Assembly: GCA_019056785.1 (NCBI GenBank)
Contig: DXJV01000084.1
Location: 32,001 to 96,000 of the forward strand
Length of the DNA: 64,000 nucleotides
Direction: 5' to 3'
DNA from: Candidatus Heimdallarchaeota archaeon
GTDB lineage: Archaea; Asgardarchaeota; Heimdallarchaeia; JABLTI01
Shown: positions 47,284-57,417 of the stretch, in pieces
How positions within the stretch are numbered: the stretch's first letter is position 1
Layout of the letters: each line of letters begins with the position of its first letter
Notes under the pieces: model-generated
Told to the model about the DNA's origin: nothing
Seen by the model: the letters and a program-made list of their open reading frames with translations, nothing else
The model's database searches: none
Made by a program: the position numbers and the translations under genes

Positions 47284-48738
47284 ATGACAGAAAAAATTCT
47301 AACGCATCTACAGCCGGAGCGGGTCTGGTCAATTTTCGAAGAGATAACAAAGATCCCACGCCCGTCAAAAAAAGAGCAAAAGATTCGCCAATGGATTAAG
47401 GAATGGGCGAAACAACACAAGATTCCCATTGTGAAAGAGGATGATGTGGGGAATCTGTTACTCGCAGCTGATGCGCACGTTGGTTGTGAAGATTTTGCCA
47501 CCATTGTATTACAAGCACATATGGACATGGTTTGCCAAAAAAGTCCAGGTGTAGAAATTGACTTCGAAAATGATCCTTTAAAGATAAGAATTGATGGCGA
47601 CAAAGTTCGAGCTATTGGCACCTCATTAGGCGCAGACAATGGCATTGGCTTAGCATATTGTTTAGCCGCCTTAAGCGACCATGACTTAAAAAGAGGACCT
47701 CTAGAAGTCTTATTAACAGTCGATGAAGAAACTGGCTTAACGGGAGCGTTTAATATCAAGAAGGGCTTTTTCACAGGGAAATACCTCTTAAATGTAGATA
47801 GTGAAGAAACTGGAAAAATAACCATTAGCAGTGCGGGTGGCGGGGGGACAGAGATCATCTTCCCCATTTCACTTGAAGAACAGAAAGGCACATCGGCACT
47901 TTCCGTGAAAATTTCTGGACTGCTCGGAGGGCATTCCGGTGTAGATATTGATAAACCTCGTTTAAATGCCATTAAAGTTGGAATTGATTCTTTACAAGAG
48001 CTTGAAGATAAGATTCGTCTCGTGAAATTGGAAGGAGGATCGGCTCATAATGCCATTCCTCGCGACTTTGAATTTGAGATTGTTTTCGCCAAAACAGATG
48101 AGACCACAGTGATAAAGCACATTGAACAATGGCGGAAAAATACTTTGAAAGTGGCAACGAAAAATGAGCCAACTATGAAGATAGAGCTAACAAAAAGTAA
48201 AGCAACAAGAGCTTTTTCAAAAGAGCAAACGATGGCAATTCTTGCTACCTTGCAGGAGATAAAGCATGGACCAATAGCATTCAGCAAAGAGATTAGAGGA
48301 TTGGTACAAACCTCGAGCAATCTTGCATTGGTAAAAACGTCAGAAAAAGAGGTAAGTATTTTCGTTAGTACAAGAAGCTCAGATAATAAGGAACTTGAGG
48401 AAGTACGAGAAGAAATAAAAAAGATCGGTGAAAGGCATCATGCCCAAGTACGGTTTGATAAAGCCTATCCAGGATGGAAGCCCGAGCCCGACGCAGCGTT
48501 TGTGCAAATGGTTAAAAAAGCATATGAATCAGTCATTAAGAAGCCTGTAACTTTGGAAGCAATACACGCAGGATTAGAGTGTGGATTGTTTGCCACTTTA
48601 GACCCAGAAATACAAATAGCCTCAATTGGTCCGAATATCGCAAATGCTCATAGTCCGGATGAATACGTGGAAATTGAAAGCGTAGAAATCCTATGGAATG
48701 TAATAAAAGAAATTCTTGCAAGAATGAATATCGTATAA
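47284..48738 (+). CDS. pepD: Aminoacyl-histidine (beta-Ala-His) dipeptidase, M20 family
   Basis: LQAHMDMV, LGADNGIG, TVDEETGL, GGHSG, IHAGLECG and AHSPDE motifs. Confidence 0.95.
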   Translation: MTEKILTHLQPERVWSIFEEITKIPRPSKKEQKIRQWIKEWAKQHKIPIVKEDDVGNLLLAADAHVGCEDFATIVLQAHMDMVCQKSPGVEIDFENDPLKIRIDGDKVRAIGTSLGADNGIGLAYCLAALSDHDLKRGPLEVLLTVDEETGLTGAFNIKKGFFTGKYLLNVDSEETGKITISSAGGGGTEIIFPISLEEQKGTSALSVKISGLLGGHSGVDIDKPRLNAIKVGIDSLQELEDKIRLVKLEGGSAHNAIPRDFEFEIVFAKTDETTVIKHIEQWRKNTLKVATKNEPTMKIELTKSKATRAFSKEQTMAILATLQEIKHGPIAFSKEIRGLVQTSSNLALVKTSEKEVSIFVSTRSSDNKELEEVREEIKKIGERHHAQVRFDKAYPGWKPEPDAAFVQMVKKAYESVIKKPVTLEAIHAGLECGLFATLDPEIQIASIGPNIANAHSPDEYVEIESVEILWNVIKEILARMNIV

Positions 48739-48820
48739 GAAAAGAAACCCTCAGTGGAGCTTTTCATCTTTTTTCTCTTTTTTCTCCTAAAAAGATATAA
48801 TTGAGAAGGAGATTATAGAG

Positions 48821-49786
48821 ATGACTGCAAAGAATTTACCAAAAAAACACCCTTCGTTAAAGGTGGAGGTGTTAATCATTCGAAAATTCGCGGGGATTTT
48901 TGTTTCCATTCTTACCCCTTTTAATGAAAAAAATGAAATCGATTATGAAACAATTAAATCACAAATCGAGTTTCTGATAGGTAAAGGAGTACATGGAATT
49001 GTCACTTGTGGTGTGAACGGCGAATTTTCCAGTCTAACATTAAACGAACGAAAGAAAGTCATAAAAACGACCGTCAATGCTGTTAAAGGGCGAGTGCCTG
49101 TAATAGCAGGAGCCTATTCTAACAGCTATAAAGAAGCAATTGATTTAGTGAATTATGCTGAACAATGTGGTGCAACGGCAGCTTTAATAATGCGACCCTT
49201 TTTCTTTCGGAAACCAACAGATGAAGGTGTATTTAATTATTTCTACAACATTTTAGAGCAAGTAAACAAATTCCCGATTTTCCTTTGTAATCTGCCCATC
49301 TATAAGCCATTAGAATTAAAACCAGAAATAATTGAGAACTTGCTACAGAAATACAACAATATTGTGGGGATTAAAGATCTAAGCAACCAAACAGAGATCA
49401 TACTAAAATATGCAGGAATGTTTGAAGAATTAAGCGTTTTTGTCGGAAGTGACAGGGCAATTTACAATGGACTAAACGCCGGTACGGATGGAGCGATAAG
49501 TGCACTTGGGAACATTCTTCCAGAATTTCCTTTACGCATCTATAACACATACCAAGCTGGTAACACCGACAAAGCATGGATTGAACAAGAATCATTAATT
49601 GGCATACGAGCTGTTCTACAAAAATTCCCACTTCGAGCAGCACAGAAATTCCTTCTCTCGAAGATAACAGGACGAGAATCATTTGTTCGCCCACCGCTTA
49701 GAAACTTGACGACAGAAGAACGGGAAAACCTTTTAATTATATTAAATGAATTTGGATTGCAATTTCAAGAAGAAATAACCGTTTGA
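48821..49786 (+). CDS. DapA/NanA-family class I aldolase (divergent)
   Basis: TPF, G..GEF..L...ER, GRVPVIAG, GIKD (Schiff-base Lys), GSD and R.PL motifs. Confidence 0.82.
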   Translation: MTAKNLPKKHPSLKVEVLIIRKFAGIFVSILTPFNEKNEIDYETIKSQIEFLIGKGVHGIVTCGVNGEFSSLTLNERKKVIKTTVNAVKGRVPVIAGAYSNSYKEAIDLVNYAEQCGATAALIMRPFFFRKPTDEGVFNYFYNILEQVNKFPIFLCNLPIYKPLELKPEIIENLLQKYNNIVGIKDLSNQTEIILKYAGMFEELSVFVGSDRAIYNGLNAGTDGAISALGNILPEFPLRIYNTYQAGNTDKAWIEQESLIGIRAVLQKFPLRAAQKFLLSKITGRESFVRPPLRNLTTEERENLLIILNEFGLQFQEEITV

Positions 49787-49821
49787 TATGATAAAAACAA
49801 GCCTAGAAACAACTATCCAAG

Positions 49822-50697
49822 TTGATTATAATGAAACGAAATAACGATCTCTGTTCTGATTTTGAGAAGCTTGCCTCGGAACACTATTTCGAAATGTCTG
49901 ATGGTGTTAAAGTACGAATATTGAAATTTGACTTAGCAGAAAAGCCGAATGAAACGATACTATTCTTCATCCCAGGATTTGTAACAGTCTTTCAAAGTTG
50001 GGAAAAAGTGTTGAAACCACTCTCTAAAGAATTTCAAATCCTTTATTTCGAATCGCGAGAAAAAACCTCAAGTATTATGCCAAACCGAAAGACAGAGCGA
50101 CAATTAACTCTGCAGAAAATGGCTCATGATATTAAGGAGGTTATTGAACAACTTGAGTTAGATAAAAAGAGCTACGTTACGGTTTGCTCTTCCACTGGAG
50201 GGACAATCGAAGTTGAAGCTCTCAGTAAAAAATGGCTGAACCCGAAAGGAGCCGTAATGGTTGGACCAACGATGGAATACAATATGAAATTTATTGCAAC
50301 ATTTATGGTTAGTGTTGTCCCAGAGTTTGTCAAACGGCTCTTCTTCCCCTTTTTCAAATGGTTTATGGGAGCTGTCTATGTCAATAAAAAAGAGCACCCA
50401 GAACAATATGCGAAATATATTCGTGCTGGAAAGGAAGCAAAAATGCGCAAAATTAGACGTGTTTTGTGGCAAATGCGGCATTACCAATGTTGGGAAATGG
50501 TTCCAAAAATAGACACCTATTGTTTATTAGTTGGGGCTTCTGAGGATAAAATGCATCGAACCGAGGCAACAAAAAGGGTGTATGAGCTTCTGCCAAATGC
50601 AAAATTTATTGATCTCGGAACAAATGAAGCGGCACATGACATGCCATTAGTGGAGGAAATCAAGAAATTTGTCCAGGAAATAAATAAAAAAAGTTAG
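49822..50697 (+). CDS. Alpha/beta hydrolase fold protein
   Basis: SDG..., FIPGF, CSSTGG (atypical elbow), D.MH and a C-terminal His. Confidence 0.72.
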   Translation: MIIMKRNNDLCSDFEKLASEHYFEMSDGVKVRILKFDLAEKPNETILFFIPGFVTVFQSWEKVLKPLSKEFQILYFESREKTSSIMPNRKTERQLTLQKMAHDIKEVIEQLELDKKSYVTVCSSTGGTIEVEALSKKWLNPKGAVMVGPTMEYNMKFIATFMVSVVPEFVKRLFFPFFKWFMGAVYVNKKEHPEQYAKYIRAGKEAKMRKIRRVLWQMRHYQCWEMVPKIDTYCLLVGASEDKMHRTEATKRVYELLPNAKFIDLGTNEAAHDMPLVEEIKKFVQEINKKS

Positions 50698-50730
50698 TTG
50701 TTTTTTATCCAACTAACTTTTAAGTCAAAG

Positions 50731-51240
50731 CTAGAAATCGTCTTCAATTGAAGCGGGTTTTTTACAGCCTGTTGCAAGGGATGAAAATTCAGTTATTTTC
50801 CATTGGCCACTCTTATTTTTGGCTAAACTAACTGGCGATGGATAATCTTTCCCGCCACTGCGAACGATTACTTTCAAGTGTTTGTCGTCTTCCGGCACAA
50901 TGCCTTCAGAATGCATTATCAATTTCTTTTCATCGAACTTGTAATCGTCCTGATAATTTGCCCCAAGATAGGATCTTGCGATATTTGGGTCCTCACGCAT
51001 GTGCTCGAAGAGGTATTTATTCGTCTTTCCGAATTTCAAACCAGAGGGAGAATCAACGGCTTTTACATTATGTTTTTTCGAAAGAATAAGGGTTGCCATT
51101 GCTTCTCCAAGATCCTTATCTACTGAAGAATAGACATGCGCGGCCATTAAAAAGTAAAACAAAGAATCAATTGGATCACTTGCGTGCTTTTCCCTAGTCA
51201 CTTTAAATTTCTTAAAATCGGTGATTAGTTCTCCTTTCAC
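50731..51240 (-). CDS. Hypothetical protein (DUF6935-like)
   Basis: IARSYLGA...Y, SGG.D.P.PV.L.KN..G.WK..E.SSL pattern. Confidence 0.6.
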   Translation of the reverse strand: MKGELITDFKKFKVTREKHASDPIDSLFYFLMAAHVYSSVDKDLGEAMATLILSKKHNVKAVDSPSGLKFGKTNKYLFEHMREDPNIARSYLGANYQDDYKFDEKKLIMHSEGIVPEDDKHLKVIVRSGGKDYPSPVSLAKNKSGQWKITEFSSLATGCKKPASIEDDF

Positions 51241-51425
51241 TTTTTTTTATCTTTCTTGATTTGCCCTTGAAAACTATGATCGATGCCTTGGTCGATGTCG
51301 CTCTGAATTTCGCTTCGGGCCTTACTGATTTGTCTTTTAGCTTGCCGTTCGGCTTCATCTTCAACAGCATCACCAACAGCTCTTTTCACTGCTCGGGACG
51401 CTTTTCTGCGTATTTTGTCAAACAT
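51237..51425 (-). CDS. Small hypothetical helical protein
   Basis: 62 aa, GGAG RBS, 4-nt overlap with the downstream gene. Confidence 0.6.
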   Translation of the reverse strand: MFDKIRRKASRAVKRAVGDAVEDEAERQAKRQISKARSEIQSDIDQGIDHSFQGQIKKDKKK

Positions 51426-51529
51426 TCATAAAAACTCCAAGGCATAAGCCAAAGTCAGCTTATGCAAACTGATAATTAACTAATTTGGGAAACTGTATTA
51501 ATACTTTTTTACTCAGCAATTTAACACGA

Positions 51530-53089
51530 TTACTTTAAAGTTGCAAGTTTATCATAGAGCTGTTTACTGTATAAAGCTTGATAGAGTTCTTTATAGACAG
51601 TGAAATATTTCTCATATTGCTCATTATTTTCTTTCACCGGCAGTCTCTTATCAGCAATTTGTACCATATGCTCTATTGCCTCAGGGATGCCTTTAAAAAC
51701 GCCCGCACCCACACCAGCCAAAATTGCTGCGCCTAAAGCAGTTGCTTCTTCAACACGCCCTTTAATGACGGGAAGGTTACAAACGTCAGCTTCAATCTGA
51801 TTCCAGAGAGCATTTCTTGAGGCCCCGCCAGTGATGCGCAACTCTTGTAGGTCAACCCCCAACTCTTGCATGACTAATAAATTGGTTTTAATCTCATAGC
51901 AGGTTGCTTCCATGATTGCCCGGATCAAGTGTTGTCTGGTGTGCCCTAACCCCAAACCAAAAATCACTCCTCGAGCATTTGGGTTCCAATATGGCGCTCC
52001 TGCACCAACAAAATGAGGGAGGATTATAATGCCTTCAGAACCCGCAGGAACTTGCTCGGCTTGCATACAAATGAGCTCATAGCTATCAAGGTTGATATTT
52101 TGGGCCAAACTCTTTTCTGCAAACGAAAAGTTATCTCGAAACCAACGCAAAATCGACCCAGTTGTAAAAATGCTTGCTTCATAAACATATTTCCCAGGAA
52201 TAGCATGACAGCTACAAAGCAACCGGCGCTTTGGGTCGCGTGCGCTTTTTTCGAGGAAAGCCAAGAGGAAAGTACCAGTTCCGGTTGTTGCCTTTATTCT
52301 ACCTAGTTGTGACACTCCAACACCAAGTGCAGCACATTGTTGATCTCCACCTCCTGCAACAACAGGCAGCCCTTCTGCTAAGCCTAAATCTTGAGCAGCA
52401 TTTTTGGAAAGGCTGGCAATTTTAGTGCCGGGGGGCAAAGGTTGTGGTAACTTTTCAATTGGTATTCCCAATTTCTTTAAAATGAAATCGGACCAAGTTA
52501 ATTTATTAATATCAAACAGCATTGTTCGTGAGGCATTACTAAAATCAGTTACAAATTCCCCTGTTAACTTCATTTGGATGTAATCATGAACTAATAGGAA
52601 CTTATGTGTCTGTTCAAATACCGTTGGCAAATTCTTCTTAATCCAAATAATTTTCGGCGCAGAGAAATAGGGGTCAATTGTCAGGCCGGTTATTGCATAA
52701 ATTTTTTCGGCACCAATTTTCTCTCGTATCTCCTGGCACTCTTGTGTCGTTCGTCGGTCTTGCCAAACAATTGCTCGAGACAAGGGTTCACCCGAGAGGT
52801 TTACTGGGACTATTGTTTCTCTTTGATTAGTTACACTCATCCCTGCTATGTTTGAAGGATTAATGCCAGCTTCTTTTATAGCAAGGGGAACTGTCTTTTT
52901 TGTTGCATCCCACCACGTAAAGGCATCTTGTTCCACAGTCGTAGGCGTGGGATAAAAGCAAGGATACTCCTCATAGGCACTCCCCACAATAGCTCCTTTA
53001 GTGTTAAAAATAATCGCCCGCCCACCGGTTGTTCCAATATCAACACTTAAGAGAAATTGATCCTTCTTAGTAGCAGTCATTTTTAACAT
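51530..53089 (-). CDS. FGGY-family carbohydrate kinase (xylulokinase/glycerol kinase-like)
   Basis: DIGTT, TNQRET, WQDRRT, SNASRT.L.D, GGGDQ, TGT, GAPYW and ITGG motifs. Confidence 0.9.
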   Translation of the reverse strand: MLKMTATKKDQFLLSVDIGTTGGRAIIFNTKGAIVGSAYEEYPCFYPTPTTVEQDAFTWWDATKKTVPLAIKEAGINPSNIAGMSVTNQRETIVPVNLSGEPLSRAIVWQDRRTTQECQEIREKIGAEKIYAITGLTIDPYFSAPKIIWIKKNLPTVFEQTHKFLLVHDYIQMKLTGEFVTDFSNASRTMLFDINKLTWSDFILKKLGIPIEKLPQPLPPGTKIASLSKNAAQDLGLAEGLPVVAGGGDQQCAALGVGVSQLGRIKATTGTGTFLLAFLEKSARDPKRRLLCSCHAIPGKYVYEASIFTTGSILRWFRDNFSFAEKSLAQNINLDSYELICMQAEQVPAGSEGIIILPHFVGAGAPYWNPNARGVIFGLGLGHTRQHLIRAIMEATCYEIKTNLLVMQELGVDLQELRITGGASRNALWNQIEADVCNLPVIKGRVEEATALGAAILAGVGAGVFKGIPEAIEHMVQIADKRLPVKENNEQYEKYFTVYKELYQALYSKQLYDKLATLK

Positions 53090-53315
53090 TCCATAATTAG
53101 TGACTTGTCAATTAGTCTGCTATTTTTTTTATTAATAAGAGTTATTACTATTGTATGAGCCGAATTACTAACCCTTAAATCAAACCGTCTAATTAAAAGA
53201 ACCCATATGGTTTTTTAGGCAAAAATTTTCGAAGGTTTACTCTTGCCTTGAAGGTCAAATGGCAGATTTACACTGATCAAGAGGATTTAAAATTGATAGT
53301 TCAAACTACTTAACA

Positions 53316-54440
53316 ATGGATAGCCAATGGCGTATCCGTAATATTCAAAAAAAGGAAGCATACCTTATTAAACTGAGAATAAAAAACTTTGTGGATGGAC
53401 AATTTAAATTGAAAATTTTCTTCGATGAAACACAAAAAGAACGCGGGAAAATCAACACAAATTATTCCATGCTTCGTGATTCCTTACGAAGTGAGGGATT
53501 TGAAGTTGAAGCTTATAATGACTATCCCATCACTGAGAAGGCATTACGTTGTGATGTTTTCGTTCTCGCCTGTCCTGATGGCTCCAAACTTGCTAAGACG
53601 GAAATCGATGCCATTATTAATTTCGTTGAACGTGGTGGGGGTTTATTAGCAATTAGTAACGCCGGTGGCGACCGAGGGCTGAGAACTAATTTAAGTGAAG
53701 TCCTAAATAAGATGGGCATAGATATTCTTTCAGATCAGGTAAAGGATGACTCCAACAATGAATTCAACATGCCAACGCATCCTGTCATCAAAGACATGAA
53801 AGAGCACCCCATCACACGTGGCGTCTCTGAAATTGTGATTGTTGCAGGGTGTTCTGTTCGAGGGTCAATAAACATGAAAGGGATTGCTTACACTTCGCCG
53901 GTGGCAGACCCGCCAAATGCACCTGTGGTTGTTGCAGGAGAATATAAGAAAGGACGTGTCGTTGCAATTGGCTCTTACCGGTTGTTTTCAAACTATGGAG
54001 CGGGGCTTAATTTAAGAAATAATAAAACCTTTGCTTTGAATATCTTCAAATGGCTGTCACGCCAAGACACAACAAAAGCAAGTGCACAAGCAGCTCCGGC
54101 CAGAACGGTGAGCAGTAGCACTCCTGCGAGTAGAGTTAGCTCCTACGTCCCACCGAAATCCTCTCCAACTCCAGCTCAAAAAGAAACGAAGACAGTCATC
54201 CTACCGACACCACAACCCATTGCTCAAAAAACAGTTGCAAAAGCTACAGGCCAAACATCTGCAAAGGCGGGAGCAATTACAGACCAAGCGGTTCTGCAGG
54301 AAGTTGAGAGATTAAGAGCAGATATTGCAGAGATGCGAGAAATAATTGCAAGATTATACTCCGACACGCTTGGTTATCTCCAAGAAATGAAAGAAGAAGT
54401 AAGAATGATGTTAGATTACATTCGAACAAAAGAGGGCTAA
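53316..54440 (+). CDS. GIFT (GldG/IFT52-like, DUF4350-related) domain plus P/T/S linker and C-terminal coiled coil
   Basis: IFFDE...E, EIDAI..FV..GGGLL.....GG....TNL..L...GI and G.GRV..IG motifs. True start is probably TTG 53409. Confidence 0.7.
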   Translation: MDSQWRIRNIQKKEAYLIKLRIKNFVDGQFKLKIFFDETQKERGKINTNYSMLRDSLRSEGFEVEAYNDYPITEKALRCDVFVLACPDGSKLAKTEIDAIINFVERGGGLLAISNAGGDRGLRTNLSEVLNKMGIDILSDQVKDDSNNEFNMPTHPVIKDMKEHPITRGVSEIVIVAGCSVRGSINMKGIAYTSPVADPPNAPVVVAGEYKKGRVVAIGSYRLFSNYGAGLNLRNNKTFALNIFKWLSRQDTTKASAQAAPARTVSSSTPASRVSSYVPPKSSPTPAQKETKTVILPTPQPIAQKTVAKATGQTSAKAGAITDQAVLQEVERLRADIAEMREIIARLYSDTLGYLQEMKEEVRMMLDYIRTKEG

Positions 54441-54550
54441 AACCTCTTATTTATCTCTTTTTTCACTAAGACAGAATATTAATTATTTTTACGTTCAATA
54501 GAATTTTATAGCATCAAATGCCAAGATACCATGCAGAAGGTGATTGACCT

Positions 54551-56347
54551 TTGAGATATGCTATATTAGCTGAAATATACCGGAAACTGGATGCCACACA
54601 AAAGAGACTTGAGATGATCGACATCCTCATTGAGCTTTTCGATAAAACCGAGCTTGAGAACATTCGTATTGTAATTTATCTCACCTCCGGTAAGATTGGC
54701 GCGGATTTTGAAGATCTGGACATTGGCATTGCTGAAAAGATGGTCATAAAGGCAATCGCCAAAGCTGTTGGGAAAAGCGAAGAGATTGTGACAGCCCTCT
54801 TTGCAAAGAAAGGCGATCTTGGTGAAGTTGTTGAAGCCTTTAAAGCAAAATCGACACAACAAGGTTTAGAAGCCTTTTTGACAGACGGAAAGACAGCAGC
54901 CGAAGAAAGCCTTACGGTTCGAGAGGTTTGGGAGACTTTGAATAAAATCGCAAACCTAGAAGGAAAGGGTTCTGCCGCGAAAAAGATAAACACCCTTGTC
55001 GGGCTTTATGCAAAGGCAACACCCTTAGAAGCAAAATACATCACTCGGACAGTCCTGAGCCAGCTCCGCTTAGGTGTTAGAGACCTTACCATTATTGAAG
55101 CGCTTGCACGAAAGTATTGTACTGAAAAGGATGCACGAAAAGTGATTGAACATGCTTACAACGTGACGAGTGACATTGGTTTTGTAGGGGAAATATTAGC
55201 TAGAAAAGGCTTGGAGGCTGTTAGACAGATTAAAATTCAAGTGGGACGCCCCATTCGGATGATGGCTGCACAACGACTTCCATCCACCGAAGAAATTCTG
55301 GAGAAATTGGGAGGGAAGTGTGCATTGGAATTCAAATATGATGGGGAACGGGTTCAAGCACATAAGAATGGAGACAAAATAACTCTTTTTTCGAGAAATT
55401 TAAATGACATCTCGACTATGTATCCCGATGTCAGAGATGCCTTAAAGGCCAGCATTACGGCTTCTAAGGCAATCGTTGAAGGAGAGATTGTTGCTTGGGA
55501 CCCTCAAGCAGAACGATTGCGACCATTCCAAATTTTGATGTCCCGTAAGAGAAAATATGATATTAGTGAGATGAAAGAGAAAATCCCTGTGAAAGTCTTT
55601 CTCTTCGACCTTCTTTTTGTTGATGGCGATAATTATCTGTTAAAAGCATATCCTCAAAGACGAACCAAATTGGAAGAGATAATTAAGGAAGAAGAGATCA
55701 TTACCCTTGCTTCTCAAGAAATTGTTACAAACGCAAGTGAATTTGAGGCATTCTTTGAGACTGCAATTGAAAGCGGGTGTGAAGGGGTTATGGCAAAAGA
55801 TATTCGGGAAACTGCCATCTATCAAGCAGGCAATCGAGGGTTCCTCTGGATAAAACACAAATTCGATTATAGTTCGGCCTTTGCTGACAGTTATGATTTC
55901 GTCGTTGTGGGAGGTTTCTATGGAAAAGGGCGGCGCAAAGGAATGTTAGGTACTTTATTGATGGCAGCCTATAATCCAGAAAAGGAAATCTTTGAAACGG
56001 TATGTAAACTTGGAAGCGGTTTTTCCGATGAAGATTTAGCGAAGATAACAAAAGAACTGATGGCATTACGAACACCAGAGAAACCAAAAGAAGTGGCTTC
56101 CAAACTCGAGGCGGATGTTTGGTTCTACCCCACAAAAGTCTTTGAAATCAGGGGGGCAGACCTCTCTACAAGCCCCGTGCATACATGTGCTCTTAACGAA
56201 ATTAAAGAAGATATGGGGATTGCCATTCGCTTCCCCCGTTTTATTAGATTTCGAGAGGATAAAAAACCCGAATTTGCCACTACAACAAAGGAAATTATTG
56301 ACGCATATAAAGAGCAAAGGCTCTTGAAAAAGGAGAAAAAGAATTAA
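54551..56347 (+). CDS. lig: ATP-dependent DNA ligase
   Basis: EFKYDGERVQAH, EGE, FDLL, EGVMAK, WIK, G.G.R.G and RFPRF.R.R.DK motifs. Confidence 0.97.
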   Translation: MRYAILAEIYRKLDATQKRLEMIDILIELFDKTELENIRIVIYLTSGKIGADFEDLDIGIAEKMVIKAIAKAVGKSEEIVTALFAKKGDLGEVVEAFKAKSTQQGLEAFLTDGKTAAEESLTVREVWETLNKIANLEGKGSAAKKINTLVGLYAKATPLEAKYITRTVLSQLRLGVRDLTIIEALARKYCTEKDARKVIEHAYNVTSDIGFVGEILARKGLEAVRQIKIQVGRPIRMMAAQRLPSTEEILEKLGGKCALEFKYDGERVQAHKNGDKITLFSRNLNDISTMYPDVRDALKASITASKAIVEGEIVAWDPQAERLRPFQILMSRKRKYDISEMKEKIPVKVFLFDLLFVDGDNYLLKAYPQRRTKLEEIIKEEEIITLASQEIVTNASEFEAFFETAIESGCEGVMAKDIRETAIYQAGNRGFLWIKHKFDYSSAFADSYDFVVVGGFYGKGRRKGMLGTLLMAAYNPEKEIFETVCKLGSGFSDEDLAKITKELMALRTPEKPKEVASKLEADVWFYPTKVFEIRGADLSTSPVHTCALNEIKEDMGIAIRFPRFIRFREDKKPEFATTTKEIIDAYKEQRLLKKEKKN

Positions 56348-56426
56348 TTTTCGCTAAACGAAACTAATAATAAAGAGCAGAAATAATCTAATATAGTAAA
56401 TTGTAATTTGATATGAGGAAAACATC

Positions 56427-57044
56427 ATGGCAAATGCTGAACATGAAGATGCAGTAGAGGAAGCAGAAGAAAAAGAAACAGTACAGCCACGAATCGAAGT
56501 TGGAGGAGAAATTAAGACTTTTGAAGAAGTAACACCAAAGAAAGCTCTGAAAGTCCTCCGAGAAACAATAGCAGATTATGAAGATTATCAATCCGTCCCT
56601 AGTCGAAGGAAAACTGACGAGGCCTTTCGAAAGTATGTCAAGGAAACATTAACTCAAGCAAATGATCATATAAAAGAAATTCATGCGGCATTAATCGAAG
56701 CACAACAGATGTCAACCTGGGCAATAGCTGACCAGGTTATTAATGAATTAGGGGCTTTTATCAAAGATGTGAATAAAAGCGATTACGGTTTTACAACCTT
56801 TTTTGAGAACCCGAGACTCCTTGAAATGGATATTTCCCAACTTTACATTATTGATTATGACTTCATTAAAAGCATTCGTGTATTAAATGAACGCATCTCT
56901 GCTTTCATGGAGATTGTTCAACAACATTACTTCGAAGATACCGACCTATGGTTCGAAACTTTGAACCGGATTCTTGGAAGATTGATCAGTTTAAATGATG
57001 ACCGCGTAAAACTGATTGGTTCTTATGAACGGATTTCTTATTAA
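56427..57044 (+). CDS. Conserved-type hypothetical helical protein
   Basis: Y..Y....RR.TD..FR and YGF..FF...L..LY..D patterns, with a GAGG RBS. Confidence 0.65.
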   Translation: MANAEHEDAVEEAEEKETVQPRIEVGGEIKTFEEVTPKKALKVLRETIADYEDYQSVPSRRKTDEAFRKYVKETLTQANDHIKEIHAALIEAQQMSTWAIADQVINELGAFIKDVNKSDYGFTTFFENPRLLEMDISQLYIIDYDFIKSIRVLNERISAFMEIVQQHYFEDTDLWFETLNRILGRLISLNDDRVKLIGSYERISY

Positions 57045-57072
57045 ATCCTTAACACTTTTTCCCTCAGGAGTA

Positions 57073-57387
57073 CTAGTTAGCTTGTTGATATGGTAAGAAC
57101 CTTTCTAATATCTGTTCTTTAGAGAGGCTTGTTACTAAAAAGATCTTGTTTCGAGAAGTGTGCCCACTCCGAAGTGTTATTGCACCAGTAGTTATATCAA
57201 GTGTTTTGGCGAGAAGTTTAAGCACCTCTTTATTTGCTTTTCCCTTGTTCGGGGGAGCTCGGATATGGATAGTTAGAAAGGCGTCAGTAGAAGAAAAAAA
57301 GAGTGTTTGTTTCTTTTGATTGGGTTTGACAAAAACTTTGATTAGAACGCCAGAGTCTGTTTGTTCTAAAAAATTAAAGAGAGACAT
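57073..57387 (-). CDS. DUF167 / YggU (UPF0235) family protein
   Basis: VKPN, APP.KGKAN.E..K.LA and G.TSR.K motifs. Confidence 0.88.
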   Translation of the reverse strand: MSLFNFLEQTDSGVLIKVFVKPNQKKQTLFFSSTDAFLTIHIRAPPNKGKANKEVLKLLAKTLDITTGAITLRSGHTSRNKIFLVTSLSKEQILERFLPYQQAN

Positions 57388-57417
57388 GGTGTAATCATCC
57401 GGGTTATTCCAAATAGG

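Noticed and set aside
47259-47972. 237-aa antisense ORF, and similar antisense or nested ORFs throughout the track (e.g. 25315-25560, 34528-35004, 36820-37278, 63213-63428)
   Set aside because: They are shadows of well-supported genes on the opposite strand and have no motifs.
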